Shown piece by piece: positions 28,272 to 38,060 of a stretch of 64,000 nucleotides of DNA. A program made the position numbers and the translations under genes. The number at the start of each line of letters is the position of its first letter. The first letter of the stretch is position 1. The DNA is from an uncultured candidatus Brocadiaceae bacterium (GTDB taxonomy: Bacteria; Planctomycetota; UBA1135; UBA2386): positions 263,424 through 327,423 of the forward strand of contig CAZIFB010000002.1 in NCBI GenBank assembly GCA_964538915.1. The letters run 5' to 3'. A model generated the notes under the pieces. It did not search any database. It was given only the letters and a program-made list of their open reading frames with translations, and was not told the DNA's origin.

Positions 28272-29705
28272 TCACACCTGAACGGTCTTCCAGCGGCCGC
28301 GGCGGAACATGAGGAACGCCGCGACCGCGAACGCGGTCTCCGAGAGCGGGATCGACCAGAAGACGCCGCGGGGGCCGAGTTCGCAGGCGAATGCGAGAAT
28401 CGCCGCGAGGGGCAGCTCGAGCACCCAGAAGAACCAGAAGTGCAGCCAGGTCGAGGTGCGGGTGTCGCCGGCCCCGTTGAACGACTGAACGGCGACCATG
28501 CCCCACGCGTAGAAGACGTAGCCCGACGCGACGATGCGCAGCGTGTCGACCGCGTGGTCGGCGACGAGCCCGTCGCTGACGAAGATCTGCACGATCTCGC
28601 GGGGCCACACTTCCAGCACGATGGTCACGACGGCGAGGAACAGCATGTCGTACGACGCGGTGAGCCACACGGCCCGCTCCGCACGTTCCGGCTGCCGCGC
28701 GCCGAGGTTCTGTCCGACGAGCGTCGCGGCGGCGTTGCTCAGGCCCCATGCAGGCAGCAGCGCGAAGATCAGGATACGGATGCCGGTCGTGTAGCCAGCC
28801 GTCGCGGCCTCGCCGAAGCTGCTGACGAACCGCATCAGGAACAGCCAGCTCGTCGTAGCGATGAGGAACTGACCGATGGTGCCCACGGACAGCGTCACGA
28901 GCGTCCACATCGCGCGCGGGTCGAAGCGCAGCAGCGGCGACAGGCGCACCCGGCCGTTGCCGCGGGAGAGCAGGTGGAACTGGTAGATCACCGCGATTGC
29001 GCGGCCCGTGCACGTCGCCACGCCGGCGCCGGTGACGCCGAGTTGCGGGAACGGACCCCAGCCGAAGATCAGCAGCGGATCGAGGACCAGGTTGATGCCG
29101 TTCGCCAGCGCCAGAGTCTTCAGTGCGAGGATGGGGTCGCCGGCGCCGCGGAAGATCGCGTTCTGGAGGAAGAGCAGAGTGACGATCACGTTGCCGCCGA
29201 GCATCCAGCGCGCGTAGCCGGTGCCCACGGCGACGACCTTCTCGTTGTGGTCCGTCATGAGCCCGAGCAGTTCGGGCGCGAACACCAGCGCCGGTATTCC
29301 GAGCACGACGCCGAGAACGAGCCCCAGCCCGATCGCCTGCGAGCCGGAGATGGCCGCACCGGGCAGGTCCTTCTCGCCGACGCGGCGTGCGACGGTCGCG
29401 GTGACCGCCATGCCGAGGCCGAACGCGATCGCGTAGACGATCGACAGCATGCCCTCGGTGGCGCCGATCGCGGCCACGGCGGCGCCGCCCGTCGGTGCGA
29501 CGCCGTTCCAGCCGTCGTCGATGCGGTTGACCCACCAGATGTCGACGAGAGCGAACGTGGACTCGAGCGCCATCTCGAGGACCATCGGGACCGCGAGCAG
29601 GAGGATCGCGACCGGCAGGCTGCCGCTCGTGTAGTCGTGGTGTTCGCCACGCAGGCTGCCGAGGACGTGCTGCCAGAAATCGCGGGTGATCGGGCGTTCG
29701 CTCAT
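28272..29705 (-). CDS. MATE family efflux transporter
   Basis: 477 aa with 12 TM. N-terminus LPVAILLLAVPMVLEMALESTFALVDIWWV, with the duplicated MatE repeat pattern. Confidence 0.9.
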   Translation of the reverse strand: MSERPITRDFWQHVLGSLRGEHHDYTSGSLPVAILLLAVPMVLEMALESTFALVDIWWVNRIDDGWNGVAPTGGAAVAAIGATEGMLSIVYAIAFGLGMAVTATVARRVGEKDLPGAAISGSQAIGLGLVLGVVLGIPALVFAPELLGLMTDHNEKVVAVGTGYARWMLGGNVIVTLLFLQNAIFRGAGDPILALKTLALANGINLVLDPLLIFGWGPFPQLGVTGAGVATCTGRAIAVIYQFHLLSRGNGRVRLSPLLRFDPRAMWTLVTLSVGTIGQFLIATTSWLFLMRFVSSFGEAATAGYTTGIRILIFALLPAWGLSNAAATLVGQNLGARQPERAERAVWLTASYDMLFLAVVTIVLEVWPREIVQIFVSDGLVADHAVDTLRIVASGYVFYAWGMVAVQSFNGAGDTRTSTWLHFWFFWVLELPLAAILAFACELGPRGVFWSIPLSETAFAVAAFLMFRRGRWKTVQV

Positions 29706-29781
29706 GTGCTCGCCACGACGACGCGCGGCAACGGGGCGCGGAGCATAGCGACCCGTTCGTGTGCCGCGACGGCGACTGCGG

Positions 29782-30948
29782 TCAGAGCCCGGCGGCGCGC
29801 AGGCGCGCCCGCTCGCGCATCCACAGTCCGTGCAGTCCGATCGCGAACGCGGTCAGCAGGAGCAGCGCGCGGCCCCGCGAACTGCCGTCGTCCGGGCCGT
29901 CGGGTTCGATGCCGGGTACGGGAACGCCCGCGGTCAGTCGATCGAGGTCGATCGACCGCACCTCGATGGCGCGGCAGTCCGCTTGCGCCCGCTTCGTGTT
30001 CGCGCGGACCGAAGGCGACGCAAGGCCCCACAGTTCGCGCAGCGCGTCGGCGGCCGCCAGCGACGCCCACGGCGCGTCGGGTCGTGCGGCCGCCACGATG
30101 CGGGGCAACTCGTCGGCGGCGCGCAGGCGGACGAGGGCGTCGATCGCGGCGAGCGCGGTTGCATCGTCGGCGCGCAGAAGGGCACGCAGGGTGGCGATGG
30201 ATTGCGGCGTCTCGCGGCGGGAGGACTGCCGTGCCGCCTCGGCGCGATCGCCGTCGCGGGCGGCGAAGGCGCGAAGGGACAGCGGTCCCGTCGTGCTCGG
30301 TGCGCCGTCGTTGGCGATCGCGAGCAGGAGGGCCGGCAGTACGAGTCCGCCGTCGCTGCGGCCGCGCACACGCACGTGCGACGGCGTTCGCCATGCCTTC
30401 CACGCCACCTGCCCGCACAACGCGCCGCCGACCCGGAGCATCTCTGCACGCGGGTCACCGTCGACGGCGACTCCGGCCGCGTGGCCGATCAGCACGGACG
30501 CGTCCAGCATGCGCGGTTCGTCGAGGGCATCGGCGTCGAGCGCGGCGAGCACCGTCCGGACCTGTGGCGGCGCTGCGAAGTCGGGCGGTACGAACCAGTC
30601 CTCGACACCGTCCGTGGTGCAACTCCACACCATCGGCGTGCCGCCGCCGATCGAGCAGGAGCCCGTGGCGACGAGGCCGTCGGGAAGCGTCACTCGCGTC
30701 GCCGAGAACTCCATGCCCCGCGCGGTCCACACGATCGTGAACGGGTCGTCTGCATCGAGATCGCTCGGCCACTCCGGCCGGGCGCGCAGAGCCGTTCCGC
30801 AGAGCCAGTCGATCGCGGGCACGCGGGCCCGCGATGCCCGATCCGCCACTGCCGCTCGCAGTTCGATCGGCGTCTGCGCCGCGGCGGTGCCGAGTACGGC
30901 GATCGACGTCGCGACGATCGCGCGCAGTTCAGCGGTGTACGAGGCCAT
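29782..30948 (-). CDS. hypothetical exported protein with HEAT-like C-terminal repeats and C-terminal TM anchor
   Basis: ATG at 30948 (MASYTAELRAIVATSIAVLGTAAAQ). The end of the protein is ...GPDDGSSRGRALLLLTAFAIGLHGLWMRERARLR, a TM plus basic cluster. It overlaps the upstream gene by 20 nt. Confidence 0.55.
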   Translation of the reverse strand: MASYTAELRAIVATSIAVLGTAAAQTPIELRAAVADRASRARVPAIDWLCGTALRARPEWPSDLDADDPFTIVWTARGMEFSATRVTLPDGLVATGSCSIGGGTPMVWSCTTDGVEDWFVPPDFAAPPQVRTVLAALDADALDEPRMLDASVLIGHAAGVAVDGDPRAEMLRVGGALCGQVAWKAWRTPSHVRVRGRSDGGLVLPALLLAIANDGAPSTTGPLSLRAFAARDGDRAEAARQSSRRETPQSIATLRALLRADDATALAAIDALVRLRAADELPRIVAAARPDAPWASLAAADALRELWGLASPSVRANTKRAQADCRAIEVRSIDLDRLTAGVPVPGIEPDGPDDGSSRGRALLLLTAFAIGLHGLWMRERARLRAAGL

Positions 30949-32155
30949 CGTCCTCGGCGGCCACGGCGTCGCCTTCCATCGACGCTTCGGCGTCCGCGGC
31001 GGCCTCGAGCGCTTCCGCCTCTTCGGCCATCTCCTGGATGTGCTCTTCCGACGGCGCCACGAGGGCCATCGTCGCGGCCGCCGATGCCGCGTTCGCACGG
31101 CGACGGCGCAGACGGCTCACGAGCATGAACACGACGATCAGTGCGACAGGCGAAGCCCCGACGATCCACCGCCCCTGGTCGGACAGAGCGTCCCACCGGG
31201 CGCGGGCCTTCGCGAACAGGGCCTTGCCCGAGTCGATGACGCGCTGGAGGCCCTCGACCTGCGCCGTCTTGTCGGCGCGAACCTGGGACAGCGCGACCTC
31301 GACGAGCGGCCGCAGTTCGGATCCTTCGGTGCCGAGCCTGCCCTCGAGTGCGGCTGCGGTGGACGGCTCGGCCAGCACGCCGAGACGACCGATCGCGTAG
31401 CGGCGCAGCATCGCTTCCCGGTGGCCGAGCACCGCGACGAGAAGCGTCGTCTCGTCGGCTCTCGGGAGCTTCGGCGACAGACCCTGGAACAGCCAGGCGA
31501 GTGCGTCGCCGGCGCCGTTCGCAGCGCGTTGCTCCAGGGCGTTCGCGGCGCGAAGGAGATGGTCCCGCGCATCGAGGTCGTGCAACGCGATCAGCGCGGC
31601 TTGTACGTCGGTGGCCTTCGGGGCGCCCGTCTTCGTCGGAGCCGTCGCCGAGTCGGACGTGTCCGTGCGCTCGAGCAGCGCGAGCAACGGTTGAACCGCC
31701 GCCGGCCTGCGCAGTTTGCCGAGCAACTGCGCGGCGATCGTCCGCACGTCGCGATCGGCGTCCTCGAGTGCAGCGATCGCCGGCGCGACGGAGCTGATGC
31801 TCGCGTGGCGCAGCAGGGCGTTCACCGCCTGCAGTCGGGCGACGGCGTGCGGGCTGCGTACGACGACCCGGTTGCACACGGTGATCGCCGGTTCTCCGTT
31901 CAGGCGGGCGAGCAGGTACCCGGCGCGCGTCGCGACCTTGTCGTTCGGCGAGTCGGTGAGCTGTCCGAGTGCCTCCGGATCGGCCTTCGCGCCGGCGCGT
32001 TCTGCCAGCAGCAGCTTCGCGCGTTCGTCATCGGTCGGCGGCGCGGTGGGCGGGGCCACCTGGACCGGTGTCGGGGTCGCGCCTGGCACAGCCGGAGCAG
32101 GTGTGGGCTGTTGCGGCGACAGCACCGAGAGAAGACAGAGTTCGAGCAGGCCCAT
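30929..32155 (-). CDS. HEAT-repeat (PBS-lyase-like) exported protein with C-terminal TM and acidic cytoplasmic tail
   Basis: ATG at 32155 (MGLLELCLLSVLS); the GTG at 32167 is an alternative. Repeats ARLQAVNALL / DRDVRTIAAQLLGKL / AVQPLLALL. TM VALIVVFMLV followed by RLRRRR. Confidence 0.65.
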   Translation of the reverse strand: MGLLELCLLSVLSPQQPTPAPAVPGATPTPVQVAPPTAPPTDDERAKLLLAERAGAKADPEALGQLTDSPNDKVATRAGYLLARLNGEPAITVCNRVVVRSPHAVARLQAVNALLRHASISSVAPAIAALEDADRDVRTIAAQLLGKLRRPAAVQPLLALLERTDTSDSATAPTKTGAPKATDVQAALIALHDLDARDHLLRAANALEQRAANGAGDALAWLFQGLSPKLPRADETTLLVAVLGHREAMLRRYAIGRLGVLAEPSTAAALEGRLGTEGSELRPLVEVALSQVRADKTAQVEGLQRVIDSGKALFAKARARWDALSDQGRWIVGASPVALIVVFMLVSRLRRRRANAASAAATMALVAPSEEHIQEMAEEAEALEAAADAEASMEGDAVAAEDDGLVHR

Positions 32156-32250
32156 GCAGATCCTCACTGCAGCCGCTCATCGGTCGGAACGGCCCGCGGC
32201 CTACAGGCAGTGTCCGCGTCAGTGGAGCCGCCCGTGGCATCGGCGTCCGG

Positions 32251-32631
32251 TCACGTTGCGATGCCCCTTCCCGCGAACCATCCGGCTGCACACGCGGCGA
32301 GACAGCCGAGCAGCGTCGCGAGGACGTACACCGAGGCGAGCCCTGTCGCGCCGCGCTGCAGGTACTTCAAGGTCTCCCAGCTGAACGCGGAATAGGTCGT
32401 GAAGCCGCCGAGCACGCCGGCGGTTAGCACCGTCTGCACGTTCGCCGGGAGCCGTTCTCCGCCGGTCGAGATCGTCATCACGAACGCGATCGCGAACGAG
32501 CCGAGCACGTTCACGGCGAGGGTCCCGGTCGGGAATCCTTCGCCTCCCGCAGGTTGCAGCCAGCTTTGGACCAGGAAGCGGGCGCCCGAGCCGATCGCTC
32601 CGCCGAGGCAGACCCAGAGGAATTGCGCCAT
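32251..32631 (-). CDS. crcB: fluoride ion channel CrcB/FluC
   Basis: C-terminal 126 aa of ORF 32251..33069: MAQFLWVCLGGAIGSGARF...GTLAVNVLGSFAI...GFTTYSAFS. Confidence 0.9.
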   Translation of the reverse strand: MAQFLWVCLGGAIGSGARFLVQSWLQPAGGEGFPTGTLAVNVLGSFAIAFVMTISTGGERLPANVQTVLTAGVLGGFTTYSAFSWETLKYLQRGATGLASVYVLATLLGCLAACAAGWFAGRGIAT

Positions 32632-32761
32632 GCGGCGACCGATTCTGGCGCCGCACCGATCCGTGTGCGACGGGGGAACCCGGAACGACGCGGCGATGTC
32701 CCGTCGCGGCGGCCGCTGGTATCGTCGCGCGCTCGTTCTCCCGATCGCGGACAGGACACTC

Positions 32762-33895
32762 ATGGCCCACCCCCTTCTCTCCCCGTTCCTCACCTTCGTC
32801 GCCTGCACCGCGGCCGCACTGGCGCAACAGAACGAGGCCCTGCGCAAGGCCTTTGTCGATGCCGACGCGCCGCGCAGCGTGATCACGGCCGCTGCCGAGC
32901 AGGTCCTGGCAGCCGACGCCGCCGGCCGTGCGCGCTTCGTCGCGACACTGCGGGCGATCGCTGCGGTGGCCCCGAAGGTCGAAGCCGCGCCTCCGGCCAA
33001 GGACGCTCCTCCGCCGGCGAAGGCGCCCGAGTTCGCCGATGCCGTCCGCGAGACGATGGCAGCTGCCATCGGCGACGACGGGGAGGCCGCGAAGGCCGCG
33101 CTCGTGAAGCTCGAGCCGGAGCCTGCCGCCCTTCAGCGTCTCGACGAGCGTGGCAAGGCCATCCTCGCGCGCTGTCTCGTGCTGACGGTCCGCAAGAAGG
33201 CAGAGACGAACGCGGTGTTCGCGGGGCAGTACGCCGAGATCTCCGACTTCGGTCCCGAAGCGGCCGACCTGCTGCTCAAGTGGACCGTGACGCCGCCGCG
33301 CGACGTCGCTCGCGCCGACGAGTTCCGCGTCGCGTGCCTGCGCGCCGTTCGCGACGTGCTGCCGGTCGAGCGGGCCACCGACGCGACGCGGGCGACGCTG
33401 CGCGAGATCGCCGGCAAGGCGCAGTCGGCGGGCAACCAGAACCTCTTCATCACCGCGGCGTGCGCGATGCACCAGTTCGGCGATCCCGTCCTCTTCGACG
33501 GAGTGAAGGAGCGGCTCGAGAAGGGAGCGAGTTCGGAGACGCCGACCGAGCGCTACATGGCGACGAACACGCTCGCCGACCTGCACTACCAGCTGCGCAA
33601 CTACGAGGAGGCCGTGAAGTGGTTCAAGGCGGCCGTCGAGGTGGGCGAGAGCGTACCGGAGGTCCAGCAGGGACAGGCCACCACGATCTACAACACCGCG
33701 TGTTCGCTCGTGCTCTCGAAGCGCAACGACGAGGCGCTGCAGTACCTCGAGAAGGCCCTGCAGGCCGGCGCGAAGAGCCGCCCGCTCGCCAAGGCGATGA
33801 TCGACGCCGACCACGACATGAACGGCTTGCGATCCGACCCGCGCTTCGCCGCGCTGATGGAGCGCTACTTCGGCAAGGCCGCTGCGCCGAAGTGA
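32762..33895 (+). CDS. secreted helical/TPR-like repeat protein
   Basis: ATG at 32762 with signal MAHPLLSPFLTFVACTAAALAQQ. TPR-like YQLRNYEEAVKWFKAAVE...YNTACSLVLSKRNDEALQYLEKALQAG. Confidence 0.65.
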   Translation: MAHPLLSPFLTFVACTAAALAQQNEALRKAFVDADAPRSVITAAAEQVLAADAAGRARFVATLRAIAAVAPKVEAAPPAKDAPPPAKAPEFADAVRETMAAAIGDDGEAAKAALVKLEPEPAALQRLDERGKAILARCLVLTVRKKAETNAVFAGQYAEISDFGPEAADLLLKWTVTPPRDVARADEFRVACLRAVRDVLPVERATDATRATLREIAGKAQSAGNQNLFITAACAMHQFGDPVLFDGVKERLEKGASSETPTERYMATNTLADLHYQLRNYEEAVKWFKAAVEVGESVPEVQQGQATTIYNTACSLVLSKRNDEALQYLEKALQAGAKSRPLAKAMIDADHDMNGLRSDPRFAALMERYFGKAAAPK

Positions 33896-33938
33896 TTCCC
33901 GCGCCCGGCGGCCCGATCCGCCGCTGGCCGCCGCCGGG

Positions 33939-35075
33939 CTAAGCCCGGCCCGATCCGCTGTCGCGCGGCAGGGCTGTGACGCGCGCGCAGAGCGCGTCCG
34001 CTGTCGCGCGATCCGCGGCGAGCACCGTCGCGTGACCGACCTTGCGGCCCGGTCGCGCAGCCTTGCCGTATGCGTGCAGGTGCACCCCGGGGATCGCGAG
34101 GACGTCGGCACGAGCCGGCAACGAGCCGATGAAGTTCACCATCGTCGCGTGACCTCCCGCGGTCATCGCCGTGCTGCCGAGCGGCAGGTCGAGGATCGCT
34201 CGCAGGTGGTTCTCGAACTGCGAGCACTCCGCACCCTCGATGGTCCAGTGGCCCGAGTTGTGCACACGCGGCGCGAGTTCGTTCGCGATCCAGCGATCGC
34301 CCTGCAGGAACATCTCGACGGCCAGCAGGCCGACATAGTCGAGTTCGCGCAGCAGCACCGCCACGAACTCACCGACCTCGCGGACGAGCTTCGCCGGCAC
34401 GTTGGGAGCGGGCGCCCGCGAACGGGCGAGGATGCCGCTCTCGTGTTCGTTCTCGACGAGCGGGTAGACCGCGATCTCGCCGCGACGGTTGCGAGCAGCG
34501 AGCACGGACACTTCGTGATCGAACGCGACCATGCGCTCGACCACGAGTCCACCGGACTCCGCCGGGCGCAGCGAGTCGAACGCGGCGTCGGTCGCGGCCG
34601 ACAGGGCGGGACCGGGGGCGAGCCGCACCTGGCCCTTGCCGTCGTAGCCGAGGCGGCGGGTCTTCACGATGCAAGGTGCTCCGACCGCGGCGACCGCGGC
34701 GTGCAGTTCCGCGCGTGTGTCCGCGGCGCGGTGCTCCGCGGTCGCCATGCCGATGGACGAGAAGAGCCGTTTCTCGAAGATGCGGTCCTGACCGATCTCG
34801 AGGGCTCGCGGCACCGGCGCCACGGTCGCGTGTTCAGCGAGCCACTGCGCGGCCTGCGCCGGCACGTTCTCGAACTCGAACGTCACGACTTGGACGCCCG
34901 CGACGAAGCGCGCGAGCGCCGCCTCGTCGCGGTAGTCGGCAACGACGAGTTCGGCGACATGGCCGGCGACGGCGTCCGGCGACGGGTCGAGACAGCGGAA
35001 GCGCAGGCCGAGCGGGGTGCCGGCGAGGGCGAGCATGCGCGCGAGCTGTCCGCCGCCCAGGACACCGACGATCAT
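33939..35075 (-). CDS. purK: N5-carboxyaminoimidazole ribonucleotide synthase
   Basis: [18 protein letters not shown]-grasp [12 protein letters not shown], and [14 protein letters not shown]. The ATG overlaps the purE stop (ATGA). Confidence 0.92.
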   Translation of the reverse strand: MIVGVLGGGQLARMLALAGTPLGLRFRCLDPSPDAVAGHVAELVVADYRDEAALARFVAGVQVVTFEFENVPAQAAQWLAEHATVAPVPRALEIGQDRIFEKRLFSSIGMATAEHRAADTRAELHAAVAAVGAPCIVKTRRLGYDGKGQVRLAPGPALSAATDAAFDSLRPAESGGLVVERMVAFDHEVSVLAARNRRGEIAVYPLVENEHESGILARSRAPAPNVPAKLVREVGEFVAVLLRELDYVGLLAVEMFLQGDRWIANELAPRVHNSGHWTIEGAECSQFENHLRAILDLPLGSTAMTAGGHATMVNFIGSLPARADVLAIPGVHLHAYGKAARPGRKVGHATVLAADRATADALCARVTALPRDSGSGRA

Positions 35076-35581
35076 CCGCGCGGCTCCGTTCGCGGATCGG
35101 TCGCGGCCAGGACCGAATCGGTGGTCTTCTTGCGCCGCGCATGCAGTGCGCGCCGCACCTCGGGGTGCGTGGCGCCGACGATCGATGCCGCGAGCAGCGC
35201 GGCGTTGATGGCGCCTGGCTTGCCGATGGCGAGTGTGCCGACCGGCACGCCGGCCGGCATCTGCACGATCGAGAGGAGGGCATCGAGACCGCGCAGCGCA
35301 CCGACGTCGATCGGGACGCCGAGCACCGGCACCAGAGTCTTCGCTGCAACCATGCCCGGCAGGTGGGCGGCGCCGCCGGCGCCGGCGACGATCGCCTGGA
35401 GACCGCGCGACTCCGCGGTGCTCGCATACTCCATGAGCCAGTCGGGCGTGCGATGCGCCGACACGATGCGGCACTCGTGAGGGACGCCGAACTCCGCGAG
35501 GGTTTCGCTCGCGTGTCGGAGGACTTCCCAGTCGGTGCGCGACCCCATGATCACGCCGACCAGCGGTTGTTCACTGTTCAT
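35072..35581 (-). CDS. purE: N5-carboxyaminoimidazole ribonucleotide mutase
   Basis: [21 protein letters not shown], and [13 protein letters not shown]. Confidence 0.95.
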   Translation of the reverse strand: MNSEQPLVGVIMGSRTDWEVLRHASETLAEFGVPHECRIVSAHRTPDWLMEYASTAESRGLQAIVAGAGGAAHLPGMVAAKTLVPVLGVPIDVGALRGLDALLSIVQMPAGVPVGTLAIGKPGAINAALLAASIVGATHPEVRRALHARRKKTTDSVLAATDPRTEPRG

Positions 35582-35683
35582 GCGCCGTCGTCGGTCGCCG
35601 GGCTCGGACGACCGTGGCTAGAGGGTAGCCAGCCGTCGACGCGGTGCGAGAACGGGTTTGCCGAGATGCCGGCCGTGTCCCTG

Positions 35684-36556
35684 TCAGACCGCGCGGAGAA
35701 GCCCCGACTGCGCCATGTCGAGGAGGCGCGCGATGCGATCCTCGATCGGCGGGTGCGTCGCGAACCAGCGGAAGACGCTCCGCCCGGAGAGCGGGTTGAC
35801 GATCGCGAGGCTCGCGGTCGCGGGCGCGGGGGCCGGACCGCCGTGCGCGACCATCGTTTCGCCGATGCGCTGCAGCTTGCCGAGTGCACTGGCCAGGGCT
35901 TCCGGCTCGCCGGTGAGGCGGGCGGCCCACTCGTCGGCGAGATACTCGCGGCTGCGGCTGATCCCCATCTGCAGCATCGTCGCGCCGATCGGCGCGAGAA
36001 TGGCCGCCGCGAGGCCACCGCCGGCGCTGCCCTCCTCTTCGTTCTGCGCGCTGCCGCCGAACATCGCCGCGAACTGCAGCGTGTTGCCCACGTACGAGAC
36101 GACCGTCGCCGCGGCGGCCGCGATGCTCGCGACCAGCGTGTCGCGGTTCCGAACGTGCGCCAGTTCGTGGGCGAGCACACCGCGCAGTTCGCGCGGGTCG
36201 ACGAGGCGCAGCAAACCCTCCGTCACGGCGACGACCGCGCGGGACGGACTGCGGCCCGTCGCGAAGGCATTGGGCGTCGGGTCGGCGACGATCGCGAGCC
36301 GCGGGGCCGGGATTCCGGCGCGCTGCGCCAGGTCCGCGACCATCGAGTGCAGCGCCGGGAATTCGTCCGGTCCGAGCAGGCGGGCGCCGCTCATCCGCAG
36401 CACCAGTTTGTCGGAGAACAGCCAGGCGCCCAGGTTCATGGCGATGGCGAGCACGAGGAAGACTGGCAGTGCCCGGCCACCGACGAGGCCGCCGATGCTC
36501 ACGAGCAGCGCCGACAGCACGCCGAAGAGGAAGATGGTCTTGAGTTGGTTCTTCAT
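35684..36556 (-). CDS. htpX: zinc metalloprotease HtpX (M48)
   Basis: NAFATG, HELAHVRNRD (HExxH), 4 TM, and FATHPPIEDRI. Confidence 0.92.
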   Translation of the reverse strand: MKNQLKTIFLFGVLSALLVSIGGLVGGRALPVFLVLAIAMNLGAWLFSDKLVLRMSGARLLGPDEFPALHSMVADLAQRAGIPAPRLAIVADPTPNAFATGRSPSRAVVAVTEGLLRLVDPRELRGVLAHELAHVRNRDTLVASIAAAAATVVSYVGNTLQFAAMFGGSAQNEEEGSAGGGLAAAILAPIGATMLQMGISRSREYLADEWAARLTGEPEALASALGKLQRIGETMVAHGGPAPAPATASLAIVNPLSGRSVFRWFATHPPIEDRIARLLDMAQSGLLRAV

Positions 36557-36601
36557 CGAAGAGTCAGGTGGGCGGGTTGTCCGTCACGTGAGCGGAGCGG
36601 G

Positions 36602-36919
36602 TCAGCCGCGGGCGCGCTGTCGGCGCCGTTCGACGAGCCGGCGGAGGCTGTCGGCGGCGCGGCGCGCGAGCCGGTGGACGCAGCGTTCCGCCGAGCTGTC
36701 GACCGAGCGGAAGTGGAGGTCGTCGCCGCCTTTCAGCCGCACCGCGAGTGCGCAGGTCTGGTCGACGCCGCCGCGCGGGCCGTTGTCGTCGGAGACGCGT
36801 AGGCTCACATCGGCGATGCGCGGAGCGAACCGGTCGAGGGCGGCCTCGAGGCTCTTCCTCGCATGAACGGCGAGGTTGTGGCACGGCGAGCGGTCCCGGA
36901 ACAGGATCAGGATGTTCAT
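36602..36919 (-). CDS. short HPF/RaiA-family ribosome-associated protein-like
   Basis: 105 aa. The pattern L..A..RF...I..V.+.+.D.NGPRGGVD..C...V.L.G matches, by memory, the short HPF/RaiA family common in proteobacteria. Confidence 0.55.
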   Translation of the reverse strand: MNILILFRDRSPCHNLAVHARKSLEAALDRFAPRIADVSLRVSDDNGPRGGVDQTCALAVRLKGGDDLHFRSVDSSAERCVHRLARRAADSLRRLVERRRQRARG

Positions 36920-37048
36920 GGCGTGGTCTCGATTGACGTGGGCGGACGATCGGCGCCCGAGACCGTTTCATCCAGTCGATAGATCGACACGGAGAATTCG
37001 AGATTCTGGAAGGCAGCGGCGCCGCTCGGCTAGCTTTCCGACCCTCGC

Positions 37049-37960
37049 ATGGACTGGCTGAACTACCACCATCTCCGCTACTTCTGGACCGTTGCCCGCG
37101 AAGGGAGCATCGCCCGTGCGAGCAAGCTGCTGCACGTCTCGCAGCCGTCGATCAGCACGCAGCTGCGGCAACTCGAGACGTTCCTCGGTGAGAAGCTGCT
37201 GCAACGACACGGGCGCGGTCTCCAGCTCACGGACATGGGGCGGTTCGTGCTGGGATTCGCCGATCAGATCTTCTCCCTCGGGCGCGACATGCTCGACGCG
37301 GTGCGCGATCAGCCCACCGGGCAGCCTCTGCGACTGCAGGTCGGCGTCGCCGACGTCGTGCCGAAGGCGCTGTGTCACGGTCTGCTCGCGCCCTTGCTCG
37401 CGAGCGACCCGCCGGTGCGCATCGTCGTGCTCGAGGATCGGCCGGAGCGGCTGTTGGCGGAACTCGCGGTGTTCGGCCTCGACGTGGTGATCGCGGACGT
37501 GCCGGCCGCTTCCGGCACCCGGGTACGGGCGTTCCACCATCCGCTCGGTTCGAGCCCGGTCAGCGTCTTCGGCGCGAAGAAGCTGGTCGCCGGACTCCGG
37601 CGCGACTTCCCGGCTTCGCTGCGCGAGGCACCGTTCGTGCTGCCGCTCGAACAGACCGAACTGCGACGCGAGTTCGACGCTCTGATGCGCGAGCGCGACA
37701 TACGGGTCCGGGTGGTCGCCGAGGTGGAGGACTCCGCGCTGCAGAAGCGTTTCGCTGCGTCCGGGGCGGGTCTCATGCTCGCGCCGTCGGTGCTGGCGAA
37801 GGACCTCGCGGCGATCCACGGCCTGGTGCCGTGCGGCGACCTGCCCGGGCTGGAAGCGCGCTACTTCGCGATCACGGTCGATCGCCGCCTGAAGCACCCG
37901 GCGCTCGCGGTGCTGATGCGCAACGCGCGGCGCGGGCTCTTCGGTGAATCACGGGGCTGA
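37049..37960 (+). CDS. LysR family transcriptional regulator (NhaR-like)
   Basis: MDWLNYHHLRYFWTVAREGSIARASKLLHVSQPSISTQLRQLE HTH, with a LysR substrate-binding domain following. Confidence 0.9.
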   Translation: MDWLNYHHLRYFWTVAREGSIARASKLLHVSQPSISTQLRQLETFLGEKLLQRHGRGLQLTDMGRFVLGFADQIFSLGRDMLDAVRDQPTGQPLRLQVGVADVVPKALCHGLLAPLLASDPPVRIVVLEDRPERLLAELAVFGLDVVIADVPAASGTRVRAFHHPLGSSPVSVFGAKKLVAGLRRDFPASLREAPFVLPLEQTELRREFDALMRERDIRVRVVAEVEDSALQKRFAASGAGLMLAPSVLAKDLAAIHGLVPCGDLPGLEARYFAITVDRRLKHPALAVLMRNARRGLFGESRG

Positions 37961-38060
37961 GACGTTCGTCCGGAGCACCGGGACTTCCACTTTCTCGAAG
38001 TGTTCCGTCGCACCTTCGAACGCGACCGGCGCCGCGCGCCGGCCAAGATGCCGCGCGCAC

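Noticed and set aside
32632-32761. Possible fluoride (crcB-motif) riboswitch in the 130-nt leader of crcB.
   Set aside because: I read the minus-strand leader and found small hairpins (CGACG...CGTCG, CGGG-TTCC-CCCG). I did not find the conserved GGCGAUG...AAAC...CUGAUG pseudoknot pattern. A covariance-model scan (Rfam RF01734) would settle it.
33904-33958. Imperfect hairpin (cccggcggc...gccgccggg) and a 13-nt direct repeat cggcccgatccgc (33909 and 33946) between convergent genes.
   Set aside because: The stem has a 17-nt loop and no U-tract, and the repeat is short and GC-rich. This is too weak to call a terminator or a mobile-element end.
35582-35683. Possible ZTP or purine riboswitch upstream of purE.
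   Set aside because: Only an imperfect hairpin (TGGCTA...TAGCCA) is present, which more likely follows htpX. No ZTP pfl-motif consensus is visible.
37961-38060. Possible yybP-ykoY (Mn2+) riboswitch upstream of the TerC/Alx gene.
   Set aside because: No GGGGAGUAG-type conserved core is visible in the 100-nt leader, and regulation by the adjacent NhaR-like LysR regulator seems more likely. I did not test this with a covariance model.
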